From positions 1-41,940 of the forward strand of contig CAIKWD010000029.1 in the NCBI GenBank assembly GCA_903831095.1: a DNA stretch of 41,940 nt. The letters are read 5' to 3'. The stretch comes from Candidatus Staskawiczbacteria bacterium (GTDB lineage Bacteria; Patescibacteriota; Minisyncoccia; Minisyncoccales; Staskawiczbacteraceae). Below the pieces are notes generated by a model. That model was not told the origin of the DNA and searched no databases. It was given only the letters and a program-made list of their open reading frames with translations. Numbering within the stretch: position 1 is the stretch's first letter; each line of letters opens with the position of its first letter. A program made the translations under genes and the position numbers. Positions 1-8,264 of the stretch are shown piece after piece.

Positions 1-2124
1 GCTGGAGAAATTTTTTATAAGGTTTGTAATTTTCTAATAGGCAAGGCTTTCTATTTGGTCCCATTGTTTTTGTTTGTTGCCGGATTAATTTTTTTGCGAA
101 CAAAGAAAAAAGGGAAAAATTTAGCAATGGCTATAGCTGTGGCTGTTTCTCTTATAGGATCAGCTGGAATTTTATCAACAAAGGATATGATCCAAAATAC
201 TGGGGGATTTATTGGTTACTGGCTGGCAAAATTGTTTATAGGTTTATTCGGAATTTTAGTTGCCAATATTATATTTGGTGCTATTATTTTAATTGGTTTG
301 TTTATTTTTCTGCAATTTATTTGGCAAGATTTGCAAAGGAAAGAAAAGGAAGAGAAAGAAGCCAAACCTACTTTTGCAGTAAATCGTCAGGATAATGACG
401 ACGTGAAGATCAAGGGATTAGAACATGAAAAAGAAAAGGAAAAAGCCAAACAGCCCGCTGTTGTTTCAAAACTTACTTTGTTTAAGAAAGATGAAGATGG
501 CGCTGAAAAAGCTGAAATAAAAAAACCAGTTTTAAACAAGAATAATTATGTTTTGCCTCCGCTAGATTTGTTGAATAAAAATGAGGCTGTACCAACTTCC
601 GGAAATATCAAGGAAAACTCCATGATAATCAAGAACACTCTTGAGAATTTTGGAATTCCAGTTGAAATGGCAGAAGTTAATGTTGGGCCAACAGTTACTC
701 AGTATGCTTTTAAACCAGCAGAAGGAGTTAAACTTTCTAAAATTACAACATTGTCTAATAATTTAGCTTTGGCTTTGGCTGCCCACCCAATTAGAATTGA
801 AGCTCCAATCCCAGGAAAATCTTTAGTGGGAATTGAGGTCCCAAACAAGGTAAGATCGGTTGTCACTTTGAGAAATTTGCTTTCGCAGACATCTTTTCAA
901 AGTTCTACAAATCCTTTAATGTTGGCTTTGGGAAGAAATGTTTCGGGAGCACCAGTTTATACAGATATTACCGATGGCCCTCACTTGTTGGTGGCTGGAG
1001 CTACAGGTACTGGAAAAACTATTTTCTTAAATAGCTTGATTTTGAGCTTGCTTTACAAATATACTCCCGACCAATTAAGGCTGATAATGGTAGACCCAAA
1101 AAGAGTTGAATTTCAGCACTATAACGATATTCCGCATTTGTTGTGCCCAGTTATTTATGACGCTACAAAAACAATTAACGCTTTAAAATGGTTAGCTCAC
1201 GAAATGGAAAGGCGCTTTGAAGTGTTTTCAGAAGTGCCAGCAAGAAATATTGGTTCATATAATTCAAACAAATCTGTAATTGCTTCAGGTTTGCAAATGC
1301 CATATATTGTGTTTGTGGTTGACGAATTAGCTGACTTAATGGCCGCAAAAGGTAGAGAAATTGAAGCAGGAGTTGTGAGACTAGCTCAAATGGCTAGGGC
1401 AACGGGAATTCACCTTGTGTTGGCAACTCAGAGGCCATCTGTAGAAGTTATTACAGGTTTGATTAAAGCCAACGTACCAACCAGAATTACTTTCCAAGTT
1501 TCTTCACAAATAGATTCTAGAACAGTTATAGATACTTCGGGAGCTGAAAAATTAATTGGATTGGGAGACATGCTTTTCTTGTCTTCAAAGTCTTCAAAAA
1601 TTACCAGAATTCAAGGGCCATATATATCTGAAAAAGAAGTTCAAAAAGTTGCTGACTTTATTGTTGAACAAGGAAAGAAATTTCAAGATCCGCAATCTGT
1701 ACTTACGCAGAGTCTAGAAGAAAGTTTGCAACAAAAAGATGAAGAAAAAGAAGAAGGCGGAGCTGGAGAATTTTTTGGCGGAGCAGATGAAGACCCATTA
1801 TTTGAAGAAGTTAAAAAAATTGTTATTGAGAGTAAAAAAGCGTCTGCTTCATATTTGCAGAGAAGGCTTAGAATTGGATATTCTAGAGCAGCCAGGTTAA
1901 TTGATATGCTAGAAGATAAGGGAATTGTTGGCCCGGCCGACGGCGCAAAACCAAGAGAAGTCTATGGCGACTCGGAAGGCCGTAAAACCGTTGCCGACGT
2001 AGAGCTCGTCCCAGGTGGAGGAAAAGACGAATCCGAAGAAGCCGCCGCCTCGCAAGACGAGGCGAGCCTCGCTCCTTCGGAGCGGGAAGAACAGCCCGAA
2101 TCCGATGACTGGAAAAAAGTTTAA
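1..2124 (+). CDS. ftsK: DNA translocase FtsK/SpoIIIE (5'-truncated by window edge)
   Basis: Frame open from base 1; TM N-terminus, RIEAPIPGKSLVGIEVPN, Walker A GATGTGKT, VVDELADLM, LATQRPS, gamma domain LQRRLRIGYSRAARLID. Confidence 0.97.
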   Translation, partial: AGEIFYKVCNFLIGKAFYLVPLFLFVAGLIFLRTKKKGKNLAMAIAVAVSLIGSAGILSTKDMIQNTGGFIGYWLAKLFIGLFGILVANIIFGAIILIGLFIFLQFIWQDLQRKEKEEKEAKPTFAVNRQDNDDVKIKGLEHEKEKEKAKQPAVVSKLTLFKKDEDGAEKAEIKKPVLNKNNYVLPPLDLLNKNEAVPTSGNIKENSMIIKNTLENFGIPVEMAEVNVGPTVTQYAFKPAEGVKLSKITTLSNNLALALAAHPIRIEAPIPGKSLVGIEVPNKVRSVVTLRNLLSQTSFQSSTNPLMLALGRNVSGAPVYTDITDGPHLLVAGATGTGKTIFLNSLILSLLYKYTPDQLRLIMVDPKRVEFQHYNDIPHLLCPVIYDATKTINALKWLAHEMERRFEVFSEVPARNIGSYNSNKSVIASGLQMPYIVFVVDELADLMAAKGREIEAGVVRLAQMARATGIHLVLATQRPSVEVITGLIKANVPTRITFQVSSQIDSRTVIDTSGAEKLIGLGDMLFLSSKSSKITRIQGPYISEKEVQKVADFIVEQGKKFQDPQSVLTQSLEESLQQKDEEKEEGGAGEFFGGADEDPLFEEVKKIVIESKKASASYLQRRLRIGYSRAARLIDMLEDKGIVGPADGAKPREVYGDSEGRKTVADVELVPGGGKDESEEAAASQDEASLAPSEREEQPESDDWKKV
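2046..2084. repeat. Two GC-rich hairpins inside the ftsK 3' tail
   Basis: CGCCTCG-caaga-CGAGGCG (2046-2064) and CGCTCC-ttc-GGAGCG (2070-2084). Confidence 0.7.
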
Positions 2125-2130
2125 TAAATT

Positions 2131-2265
2131 ATGGCAAAAAGAAAAGTTAAAACAAAAGAAAAAATTATCAAAATAGTGATAGAAAAGAGAGTCGAGCCGT
2201 TAAAAGTTCCGGACATAAAAGTTCGCGATTTTTCTGTGGCGGATAAAATATTTTTTTGCAATTAA
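2131..2265 (+). CDS. Small basic hypothetical protein, 44 aa (not in ORF track)
   Basis: ATG 6 nt after ftsK stop; MAKRKVKTKEKIIKIVIEKRVEPLKVPDIKVRDFSVADKIFFCN; fills the gap to the next gene. Confidence 0.5.
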   Translation: MAKRKVKTKEKIIKIVIEKRVEPLKVPDIKVRDFSVADKIFFCN

Positions 2266-2277
2266 AAATAAAAATTC

Positions 2278-2640
2278 ATGAAAATTAAAACAATTATAGG
2301 AATTATTTTAATTATTTTAGGTCTAGCGTTAACTATTTATATAATAAGTATCCCGCCGAGCCCGGATAATAAATATGGGGTTGGACAAGATTTAGGGATT
2401 TTATTCGTATGTGTTCCACTCTATATAATGGGCGTGTTGGCTTTATTCAGTTCGCTCGGAGCAAATATATCTTTCGTTGGTGGGGCCATCTTGGCTTTCT
2501 CTTTTCTGACGCAATCTATTTTTCGTGAGGCCACACCATCAGCCTTGATTATCGGAGCAGTTTTGATTTCTTATTTGTTATTTATAGTAGGTGTTATTTA
2601 TGGTTTAGGCGAATTAATAGGTAAATTAAAAAATAAATAA
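2278..2640 (+). CDS. Hypothetical membrane protein (~4 TM)
   Basis: 120-aa hydrophobic ORF, operon-like spacing before recA. Confidence 0.75.
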   Translation: MKIKTIIGIILIILGLALTIYIISIPPSPDNKYGVGQDLGILFVCVPLYIMGVLALFSSLGANISFVGGAILAFSFLTQSIFREATPSALIIGAVLISYLLFIVGVIYGLGELIGKLKNK

Positions 2641-2646
2641 AATTTT

Positions 2647-3696
2647 ATGGCAAAAGAAAAAATAGACAAAAAAGAAATTAAAGAAATAAAAAAGGAAGAG
2701 AAGAAAGAGGTTGATAATGTGGTCAATGAAATAAAGGAGAGGTTTGGGGAGGGGGCGATTATGACAATGCGCGAGATACATGCGGTTGATGTGGATGTGG
2801 TGCCAACGGGATCCATTGCCATGGATTTGGCTTTGGGAGTTGGTGGAATGCCTAGGGGAAGGATAATCGAGATATATGGAGCTGAGTCATCCGGTAAAAC
2901 TACGCTTTCGCTCCACGTTATATCTGAGGCGCAAAAAAAGGGTGGTACATGCGCATTTGTTGACGCAGAGCACGCAATGGACCCTGACTACGCAAAACGC
3001 ATTGGAGTAGACGTAGACGATTTGTTAATTTCTCAGCCAGATTCTGGCGAGCAGGCTTTGCAAATTGTAGAAACCTTGGTTAAGTCAGAAAAAATTGATG
3101 TCATTGTTATAGACTCTGTAGCAGCTTTAACTCCAAGGGTTGAAATAGAAGGTGAAATCGGCGACCAACATATGGGCCTTCAGGCTAGAATGATGTCGCA
3201 GGCATGCAGAAAATTGGGAGCAATTGCCGCCAAAACCAACACTATGATTATTTTTCTCAACCAGACTCGTATGAAAATTGGAATGGTTTTTGGAAACCCA
3301 GAAACAACTCCTGGCGGAATGGCTTTGAAGTTTTATGCTTCTGTAAGAGTTAACTTGGCAAGAACTGCGCAAATAAAAAGTGGAGACGAAATTATTGGAA
3401 ACAGAGTAAAAGCTAAAATTGTAAAAAACAAAGTGGCAGCTCCCTTTAAAACAGCTGAGTTTGATATATATTATAACGAAGGAATTTCAAAGTCGGGTGA
3501 TGCTTTGCGAGTTGCCATAGACCGCGGTTTAATAAAACAAAGTGGTAGTTATTTTACCTATAATGGAGAAAAAATGGGGCAGGGAACAGAAGGAGCTAAA
3601 ACTTATTTGAAAGAACATCCAGAGGTTATGAAAGCAATTAAGGTTGAGGTGATGAAAGGCGAACTAGCAGTAGTCAAAAAACCAAAAGAATATTAA
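2647..3696 (+). CDS. recA: Recombinase RecA
   Basis: [49 protein letters not shown]. Confidence 0.99.
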   Translation: MAKEKIDKKEIKEIKKEEKKEVDNVVNEIKERFGEGAIMTMREIHAVDVDVVPTGSIAMDLALGVGGMPRGRIIEIYGAESSGKTTLSLHVISEAQKKGGTCAFVDAEHAMDPDYAKRIGVDVDDLLISQPDSGEQALQIVETLVKSEKIDVIVIDSVAALTPRVEIEGEIGDQHMGLQARMMSQACRKLGAIAAKTNTMIIFLNQTRMKIGMVFGNPETTPGGMALKFYASVRVNLARTAQIKSGDEIIGNRVKAKIVKNKVAAPFKTAEFDIYYNEGISKSGDALRVAIDRGLIKQSGSYFTYNGEKMGQGTEGAKTYLKEHPEVMKAIKVEVMKGELAVVKKPKEY

Positions 3697-3708
3697 ATTA
3701 TAAATAAT

Positions 3709-3737
3709 AAAAAACAGCCCGAGTGAGCTGTTTTTTT
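3709..3737. terminator. Intrinsic terminator after recA (bidirectional-type)
   Basis: aaaaaaCAGCCC-gagt-GAGCTGttttttt. Confidence 0.75.
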
Positions 3738-3799
3738 ATATTTACTTTAATTACATTTTATTGTAAGATTAATTAGGTTTTAGATACGTTATAATTGAC

Positions 3800-3997
3800 T
3801 AGGGAGAGAGTATTTGGAAATGCAAAGCTAAGCGAACCACAATAGGGGAACTTTCCTCTTTTACGCGAAGAGTATCAGAGGGCTTAGAGACGAATCGTTG
3901 TTTCGGACATTGGGTCAATTATAATTCTAAAATTTTTATTGCTCTTTTATTAGTGGGTTATTAGTGAGTATTTTCTTTACTCTCTCCTACCTTTTTT
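3800..3997 (+). ncRNA. Structured ~190-nt RNA, 6S RNA-like
   Basis: TATAAT at 3790-3795; 3800-3849 pairs imperfectly with 3942-3989 (TAGGGAGAGAGTA/TACTCTCTCCTA, GGAAATGC/GTATTTTC, GCTAA/TTAGT, AACCAC/GTGGGTT, AATAGGGGA/TCTTTTATT); central bubble; apical stems; U-tract at 3992-3997; G-U pairs favour + strand. Confidence 0.6.
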
Positions 3998-4007
3998 GTT
4001 GGTTATA

Positions 4008-4030
4008 GACAGTCACCCAGACTGTTTTTT
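4008..4030 (+). terminator. Weak intrinsic terminator before the aroB promoter
   Basis: gACAGTC-accca-GACTGTttttt. Confidence 0.55.
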
Positions 4031-4033
4031 ATT

Positions 4034-4062
4034 TTGACATAAGTGGGCAAATATAATAGATT
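4034..4062 (+). promoter_or_regulatory. Sigma70-type promoter of aroB
   Basis: TTGACA-17 bp-TAGATT; SD AGGAGG just upstream of ATG 4107. Confidence 0.6.
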
Positions 4063-4106
4063 GTAGATAGAGTCTTTGAAAATAAGGTGGAAAAAAAGGA
4101 GGATTT

Positions 4107-5123
4107 ATGGATATCTATCGTTCTTGGAAGATGTTTAGCAAAATCGTGAAGGAAAGAAATGCCGACCAGATAGTACTGGTGACTTCTTTTCCTTTAAGGG
4201 AAAAACTACATGGAGAAATTGAAAAAATAAGGAAAATGGTGCCGTCGGATTTGGAAATTGTACTGATACCAGACGGGGAAAAGGCAAAAGAGTGGAAGTC
4301 TCTTGGTAGGATTTTGACTCAGTTTACGATGTTGTATCTAACCAGAAAAAGCTTGGTGATAGCTTTAGGAGGAGGCTCAGTGAGCGACGTAGTTGGACTT
4401 GCCTGTTCTATTTACAAGCGCGGGATGGCGCATATAAATGTACCAACAACATTGCTTGCTCAAGTTGACGCTTCAATAGGCGGGAAGACCGCGATTAATT
4501 TCTTGGGGCATAAAAACCAGCTGGGAACTTTCCATCAGCCAATTGCCATTTTTGCAATCGCAAAGTTTTTGCGAAAACTGAATAGGGAGCAGTTTATCGA
4601 TGGCTTGGCTGAGATAATAAAAGCCGGATTCATCAAGGATTACGAAATATTTGACATATTGGTTAAACAGAAAATATCTGAATTAAGAAAAAAACCAGTT
4701 GTTCTAGAGAGATTGATCCAAAAGGCAATTGCTGTTAAAGAACATTTTGTCAAACAAGATTTTAAAGACAACGGAATAAGGCAGGCTTTGAATTTTGGCC
4801 ACACTCTTGGCCATGCGCTTGAGCTGAAATATAGCTTAAGCCATGGCATGGCTGTATTGTACGGAATATTTCTTGAACTTCAGGTTGCTGAAAAACTTGG
4901 TTTTGTAAGTACTACCAAGATGATTATTTTAAAGGAAATGTTTGATCTTCTTGGCATTAATTTTAATTGCCATAAGTTTAAAATCGATAGAAAATCGATC
5001 TTGCATGATAAAAAGTCCTTTGGGGATAAAATATCTTTTCCAGTTATTGATATGTTAGGTGAAATAAAAATCTTAAAGATTTCTATAAAAGAACTAATAG
5101 CTGCATTGGAAAAATGCAACTAA
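4107..5123 (+). CDS. aroB: 3-dehydroquinate synthase family (sugar-phosphate cyclase)
   Basis: GGGSVSD, PTTLLAQVDASIGGKTAIN, KNQLGTFHQP, GLAEIIK, LNFGHTLGHALE, LSHGMAV. Confidence 0.9.
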   Translation: MDIYRSWKMFSKIVKERNADQIVLVTSFPLREKLHGEIEKIRKMVPSDLEIVLIPDGEKAKEWKSLGRILTQFTMLYLTRKSLVIALGGGSVSDVVGLACSIYKRGMAHINVPTTLLAQVDASIGGKTAINFLGHKNQLGTFHQPIAIFAIAKFLRKLNREQFIDGLAEIIKAGFIKDYEIFDILVKQKISELRKKPVVLERLIQKAIAVKEHFVKQDFKDNGIRQALNFGHTLGHALELKYSLSHGMAVLYGIFLELQVAEKLGFVSTTKMIILKEMFDLLGINFNCHKFKIDRKSILHDKKSFGDKISFPVIDMLGEIKILKISIKELIAALEKCN

Positions 5124-5152
5124 AAACAGCCCTTTCGAGCTGTCTTTTTTTT
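5122..5152. terminator. Bidirectional terminator between aroB and rpsR
   Basis: aaaaaCAGCCC-tttc-GAGCTGtctttttttt; on - strand the loop is GAAA. Confidence 0.8.
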
Positions 5153-5169
5153 ACTTAACAATCTGTTAT

Positions 5170-5364
5170 TTACTTTGGGGTGTAAGCTATCAAGCCCATT
5201 TGGCGGGCGCGTTTGATGGCTGTGGCAATTTTCTTCTGGTGGTATGAGCAGAGGTTTGTCTTTTTTCTTGGTTTTATTTTGTAAAATCCGGAAACAAACT
5301 TGGACAATAACTCCACATTTTTATAGTCTACGTTATCGATATTTTTTTGGCAAAAGTAACACAT
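5170..5364 (-). CDS. rpsR: 30S ribosomal protein S18 (zinc-binding C+ type)
   Basis: CYFC...VDYKNVELL.KF...KI.PRK.T.LCSYHQ...AIKRAR..GL; rpsF-ssb-rpsR order. Confidence 0.96.
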   Translation of the reverse strand: MCYFCQKNIDNVDYKNVELLSKFVSGFYKIKPRKKTNLCSYHQKKIATAIKRARQMGLIAYTPK

Positions 5365-5478
5365 GCGAATGTAATGAGCACCCCGCCCTCTAAGCTGTTG
5401 CTACGAGGTGAAGTGGTCATTTTTAAATTTTTATTTTAATAATTTATTCGCCCATATATTTAGCATAGAGGGCAGGGT
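5364..5478. repeat. Mini-hairpin plus ~100-bp element with 17-bp imperfect terminal inverted repeats
   Basis: TGCGAATGTAATGAGCA (5364-5380); ACCCCGCCCTCTAAGCT (~5380-5396) versus AGCATAGAGGGCAGGGT (5462-5478), 2 mismatches. Confidence 0.65.
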
Positions 5479-5497
5479 AAGTCTCGTTGTGACTCGC

Positions 5498-6031
5498 TTA
5501 GAAAGGAATGTCTTTGACATCAATTTCATCAGCTGCATCTCCTTCAAATGAAACTATTTTTTGGTCGTCGGCTTGGTCAACTGCTGGGGGAGTGTAGTTT
5601 TCTTCAATTACTGGAATTTCTTCTTGTCTTGAATGTTGTTCTGGTTCATGTTCCATGGCAGATTGTTTCCCATAGTTTGAAGTTCCACTTTGTGGAGCTC
5701 CTGCGCCTCTTGGACCTAATTGCAAAGTTTCGGCAATAATTTCTGTTCTATATTGCTTTACCCCTGTATTGTTTGTCCAATTTCTTGTTTTAATTCTTCC
5801 TTCAATTAAAACCAAGGAACCTTTGTTGAGATATCTGCCAGCAATGTCAGCTAATTTTCCAAAACAGACAATGTTGTGAAACTCAGCTTCTGACTTTTTT
5901 TCTCCGGAGCTTGAAGTATAAAAGCGGTTTGTTGCTATTCCGAAGCTTGTAACTTGTTGTCCGGAAGGCAAGGCTTTTACCTCTGGCTCTCTTGTGACGT
6001 TTCCTAATACGAATGCTTTATTTAGATTCAC
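5498..6031 (-). CDS. ssb: Single-stranded DNA-binding protein (GTG start created by the MITE end)
   Basis: NLNKAFVLGN, IEGRIKTR.W, acidic tail ending DIPF. Confidence 0.97.
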   Translation of the reverse strand: MNLNKAFVLGNVTREPEVKALPSGQQVTSFGIATNRFYTSSSGEKKSEAEFHNIVCFGKLADIAGRYLNKGSLVLIEGRIKTRNWTNNTGVKQYRTEIIAETLQLGPRGAGAPQSGTSNYGKQSAMEHEPEQHSRQEEIPVIEENYTPPAVDQADDQKIVSFEGDAADEIDVKDIPF

Positions 6032-6132
6032 CCCGTTAGAGGTTTGTTTTTATATAACTTTTCAAGTTAATTTCAGACAACCTCTTTTATTTTTTATGAC
6101 ATGTCCCGTTAAACGTAGAACCTCTAACGGGG
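6031..6132. mobile_element. 102-bp MITE with perfect 14-bp TIR and 4-bp TSD
   Basis: CCCCGTTAGAGGTT...AACCTCTAACGGGG flanked by TTCA at 6027-6030 and 6133-6136. Confidence 0.85.
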
Positions 6133-6151
6133 TTCATAATACTGATTGTTA

Positions 6152-6625
6152 TTAACCTAATATTTCTTCTAATTCGTGTTCAATATCTTTTAATTCTACT
6201 TTTTCTTTTTCTTTCTCTTTGGCTGCTGGTTTTTCTTCTGTTGTTTCTTCTTGTGCAGTTTCAACAACTTCTTCTTTCTTTTCTATCTCAAAAGTTGGTG
6301 TTGGTCTTACTCTGGTTCTTCTTTCTTTTTTAAGTTCGGCAGCTAGTTTAATTATAAGCATGTGCCTGACAATTTTTTTGTCTTTTTCAACAATTGCTTT
6401 TACTTCAAGTAATTTGTCTGAGTCCATGTTGAATTCTACAACACCTAAAAATCCGGAAGCTTTTTTTCCGATTGGGTATGAGAATGTCTTGGCTGTGGGA
6501 TTTGTCTGTTTTACAATTGTCCCTTCTTTGCTTTGGATAAGAGATTCTATCTCTTTTCCCTTGGCTTCTGCTTCCTCTGAAGTTATTTCAGGAGAAACAA
6601 TATATGTAAGCTCGTATGCTTTCAT
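6152..6625 (-). CDS. rpsF: 30S ribosomal protein S6 with acidic C-terminal extension
   Basis: MKAYELTYIVSP...FSYPIGK...G...IVRHMLIIK; upstream of ssb. Confidence 0.92.
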   Translation of the reverse strand: MKAYELTYIVSPEITSEEAEAKGKEIESLIQSKEGTIVKQTNPTAKTFSYPIGKKASGFLGVVEFNMDSDKLLEVKAIVEKDKKIVRHMLIIKLAAELKKERRTRVRPTPTFEIEKKEEVVETAQEETTEEKPAAKEKEKEKVELKDIEHELEEILG

Positions 6626-6639
6626 GTATATTTAAACAA

Positions 6640-6704
6640 GAATTCCCGTCCTTCGATAAACTCAGGATGGGGCTTAGAGCAATGCGCTAAGCATGGAAAT
6701 TCCT
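6640..6704 (-). promoter_or_regulatory. Structured rpsF leader (S6:S18-leader-like) containing a palindromic element
   Basis: - strand: GAAUUUCC-AU-GCUUAG..CUAAGC-CCC-[AUCCUGAG..CGAAGGAC]-GGGAAUUC; promoter TTGATT-16-TATAAT with extended TG at 6731-6758. Confidence 0.45.
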
Positions 6705-6824
6705 ATTTGATTAATTTTTTGTATATCGTGATTATATCAGATTATTGTAATAAATCAAGGCTTGTTTTGCTGGATTTTAATATGGCGGTTATGTATAATA
6801 AGTTATATATAAAATATAAATTAC

Positions 6825-8153
6825 ATGGAAACAAACGAATCAATTTTCAAATCATATGACATTAGGGGAATTTACCCCTCAGAACTCAATGATGAGACAG
6901 CTTATTTAATTGGCCGGGCTTTTGCAATAAAATCAAACGCTAAAAAAGTTACAGTAGGATATGACATGCGTTTATCTAGCCCTGCTTTGAAAAGCGCGCT
7001 TATTCGTGGAATTACCGACGAAGGCGTAGATGTAAAAGATATTGGTTTGGTGCCAATTGATGCTATATATTTTTCTGTTGGCAAACTTGGTGACGAAGCG
7101 GGAATAATGATTACAGCTTCACACAATCCTAAAGAGTATAATGGTTTTAAAATGGTTTTAAAAAACATGCAGTGGGTAAGGGGTGTTGAGCTTTTAGAAG
7201 AAGTTAAAAATTTATCAACTGAGTTGGCCTACATAAAAGGCAAAACTACAGAAGAAGATATAACTGTAAAATACATAAACCATGTTTTAAGTTTTGTGGA
7301 CGTTGAAAAAATAAAGCCTTTTAAGGTTGTAGTAGACGCGGGTAATGGAATGGCCGGACAAGTAATGCCAATTTTGACTGAAGGTTTGCCTTTAAATATT
7401 GTGCCTTTAAATTTTAAATTGGATGGAAATTTTCCAGCACATCCTTCAAATCCACTTGATCCAAAAAGCCAAGAAGAAATTTGCAAAACAGTTGTTAAAG
7501 AAAAAGCTGACTTTGGAATAATAATGGATGGCGACACCGACAGGTTATTTTTTGTAGACGAAAAAGGAATTTTTATTCCAGCTGACATGACCTTGCTTTT
7601 ACTGGCAAAATCATTTTTAGAGAAAGAACCAGGAGTGGGGATTGCGTATAATCTTTTGTGCTCAAAAATAGTGCCAGAAATGATTGAGCAGTGGGGAGGC
7701 AAGGCTTTAAGGTCTAAAGTTGGATATGTAAATGTTTCTACTGCTATGAAACAAGGAAATGGGGTTATGGGTGGAGAACTTTCAGCACATTATTCTTTCC
7801 GCGACAACGCTTATGCAGACTCGGGGTTTATTGCCTTTGTAATTTTACTTCAATTACTGTCCAATCACGACCAGCCTTTGTCGGAAATTGTAAAGCCTTT
7901 TTATAAGTATTTTAAGTCTGCAGATTTAAATTTTGAAGTAAAAGACAAAGATACAGTTTTGGAAAGCTTAAAAGAAAAATATTCAGACGGTAAACAGGAA
8001 TTTTTAGATGGCATAACTGTAGAGTATAAAGATTGGTGGTTTAATGTAAGGCCGTCGAATACAGAGCCATTATTAAGGTTGACCATTGAAGCTGATACTC
8101 AGAAAATTTTAGATCAAAAAGTTAAAGAACTAACAAAAATTATTTCTAAATAA
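6825..8153 (+). CDS. Phosphomannomutase/phosphoglucomutase
   Basis: FKSYDIRGIY, MITASHNP, DGDTDR, GELSAH, RPSNTEP. Confidence 0.96.
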   Translation: METNESIFKSYDIRGIYPSELNDETAYLIGRAFAIKSNAKKVTVGYDMRLSSPALKSALIRGITDEGVDVKDIGLVPIDAIYFSVGKLGDEAGIMITASHNPKEYNGFKMVLKNMQWVRGVELLEEVKNLSTELAYIKGKTTEEDITVKYINHVLSFVDVEKIKPFKVVVDAGNGMAGQVMPILTEGLPLNIVPLNFKLDGNFPAHPSNPLDPKSQEEICKTVVKEKADFGIIMDGDTDRLFFVDEKGIFIPADMTLLLLAKSFLEKEPGVGIAYNLLCSKIVPEMIEQWGGKALRSKVGYVNVSTAMKQGNGVMGGELSAHYSFRDNAYADSGFIAFVILLQLLSNHDQPLSEIVKPFYKYFKSADLNFEVKDKDTVLESLKEKYSDGKQEFLDGITVEYKDWWFNVRPSNTEPLLRLTIEADTQKILDQKVKELTKIISK

Positions 8154-8256
8154 AAAACCGCTTAACTCACTAAGTAAATTTTTTCTGCGGCTCGGCCCTC
8201 TCTTGCAGGGGGACCCCTCGCTTCGAAAAAATTTCTTAGCTCGTTTTGCGGTTTTT
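8152..8256. repeat. Bidirectional terminator-like stem with a nested palindromic insert
   Basis: aaaaaaCCGC...GCGGttttt enclosing ACTC-ACTAAGTAAATTTTTTC...GAAAAAATTTCTTAG-CTCGT and an inner GC-rich hairpin. Confidence 0.7.
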
Positions 8257-8264
8257 AAGTTATA

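Noticed and set aside
3844-3880. - strand GAGGAAAGTTCC (RNase P-like) and CTGATA..GAAA (hammerhead-like)
   Set aside because: RNase P 3' conserved region absent; hammerhead core lacks G8 and stem III; G-U pattern favours the + strand
3816-3896. Resemblance to group I intron Q/R elements (GGAAATGCAAAGCTAAGC...GCTTAGAGAC)
   Set aside because: No P5 or matching P7 partner and no interrupted host gene; the rod-like 6S-type fold explains the region better
4081-4095. AATAAGGTGGAA as a possible T-box before aroB
   Set aside because: No ACC continuation, no antiterminator/terminator pair, and it lies right after the promoter
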